Part shown: positions 24,878 to 25,204 of the stretch, piece by piece
Layout of the letters: each line of letters starts with the position of its first letter
Numbering within the stretch: position 1 is the first letter of the stretch
Assembly: GCA_031421455.1 (NCBI GenBank)
Contig: JANOOS010000225.1
Span: 1 to 25,204 of the forward strand
Direction: 5' to 3'
Length of the DNA: 25,204 bases
Source of the DNA: Nitrospira sp.
Lineage (GTDB): Bacteria > Nitrospirota > Nitrospiria > Nitrospirales > Nitrospiraceae
The notes under the pieces: model-generated
Told to the model about the DNA's origin: nothing
Databases searched by the model: none
Seen by the model: the letters and a program-made list of their open reading frames with translations, nothing else
Position numbers and translations under genes: made by a program

Positions 24878-25204
24878 ATGAAAATCTACAGCGGCGTGAT
24901 GGGTCTGTTCTTGGTGGTGGGTCTTCTTTGTGCAGAGCCCAGCCAGGCGGCCGAGATGCCTCCGTCGATCCCGCAAGAGATGCCGGTACTCAGGCTGAGC
25001 TTAAAAGATGCCATTGAGGCGGCGCTGGACAAGAGTCCACAGGTACGGTTGTACAAGGAGCGCATCGAAGCGGCGCGCAGCGCCTCGAGAACGCAACTGG
25101 GCGCGTTATTGCCGAACCTGTCGGGCTCCTCCAAGTTCACGAATCAGACCTTCTTTCTCGGCACCATCGGAGGCGCTCCGGTCCGCACCCAACCGTTCGA
25201 CATT
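24878..25204 (+). CDS. TolC-family outer membrane channel (5' partial; missing from the ORF track because it has no stop in the window)
   Basis: My translation: MKIYSGVMGLFLVVGLLCAEPSQA-AEMPPSIPQEMPVLRLSLKDAIEAALDKSPQVRLYKERIEAARSASRTQLGALLPNLSGSS... It has a signal peptide plus the LSLxxAIxxAL...LLPNLS start typical of outer membrane efflux proteins; AAGGGG RBS. Confidence 0.8.
   Translation, partial: MKIYSGVMGLFLVVGLLCAEPSQAAEMPPSIPQEMPVLRLSLKDAIEAALDKSPQVRLYKERIEAARSASRTQLGALLPNLSGSSKFTNQTFFLGTIGGAPVRTQPFDI

Noticed and set aside
24142-24976. Minus-strand ORFs 24142..24801 and 24788..24976 with NQINQIDQIEQIDKID / LVCLVCLVYLV
   Set aside because: These are translations of 9-mer array copy 4 plus antisense of the MFP and tolC genes.

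Overview
This 25.2-kb bacterial window is probably from Nitrospira, inferred from gene content and from intergenic repeat families I recall from that genus. The left half (1-11.8 kb) is mostly housekeeping: probable ftsH 3' end, folP, glmM, comEC, mtnA, ndk, gcvH, lpdA, comEA and tyrS. It is interrupted by an antisense MNT-HEPN toxin-antitoxin-like pair, a ~125-bp MITE-like element and several short-period palindromic repeat arrays. The right half (11.8-25.2 kb) is a divergently arranged secretion locus. On the minus strand is a ~1670-aa surface/secreted protein: N-terminal LEPRxLL-type leader, CARDB-like domain, 11 Ig/cadherin-like repeats, RTX nonapeptides and a T1SS-type C-terminus. On the plus strand is an operon encoding a GAF-GAF-HlyD fusion, a PqqD/RRE-like + M50 zinc peptidase + HlyD fusion, a C-terminally truncated SecA-like ATPase, a stand-alone membrane-fusion protein and a TolC-like protein cut off by the window end. 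No ABC or RND pump is present in the window. The most interesting candidate is therefore a non-canonical type-I-like secretion system, which may be powered by a SecA paralogue and may process an N-terminal leader with the M50 peptidase. All family calls come from motifs read by eye; no database searches were run.
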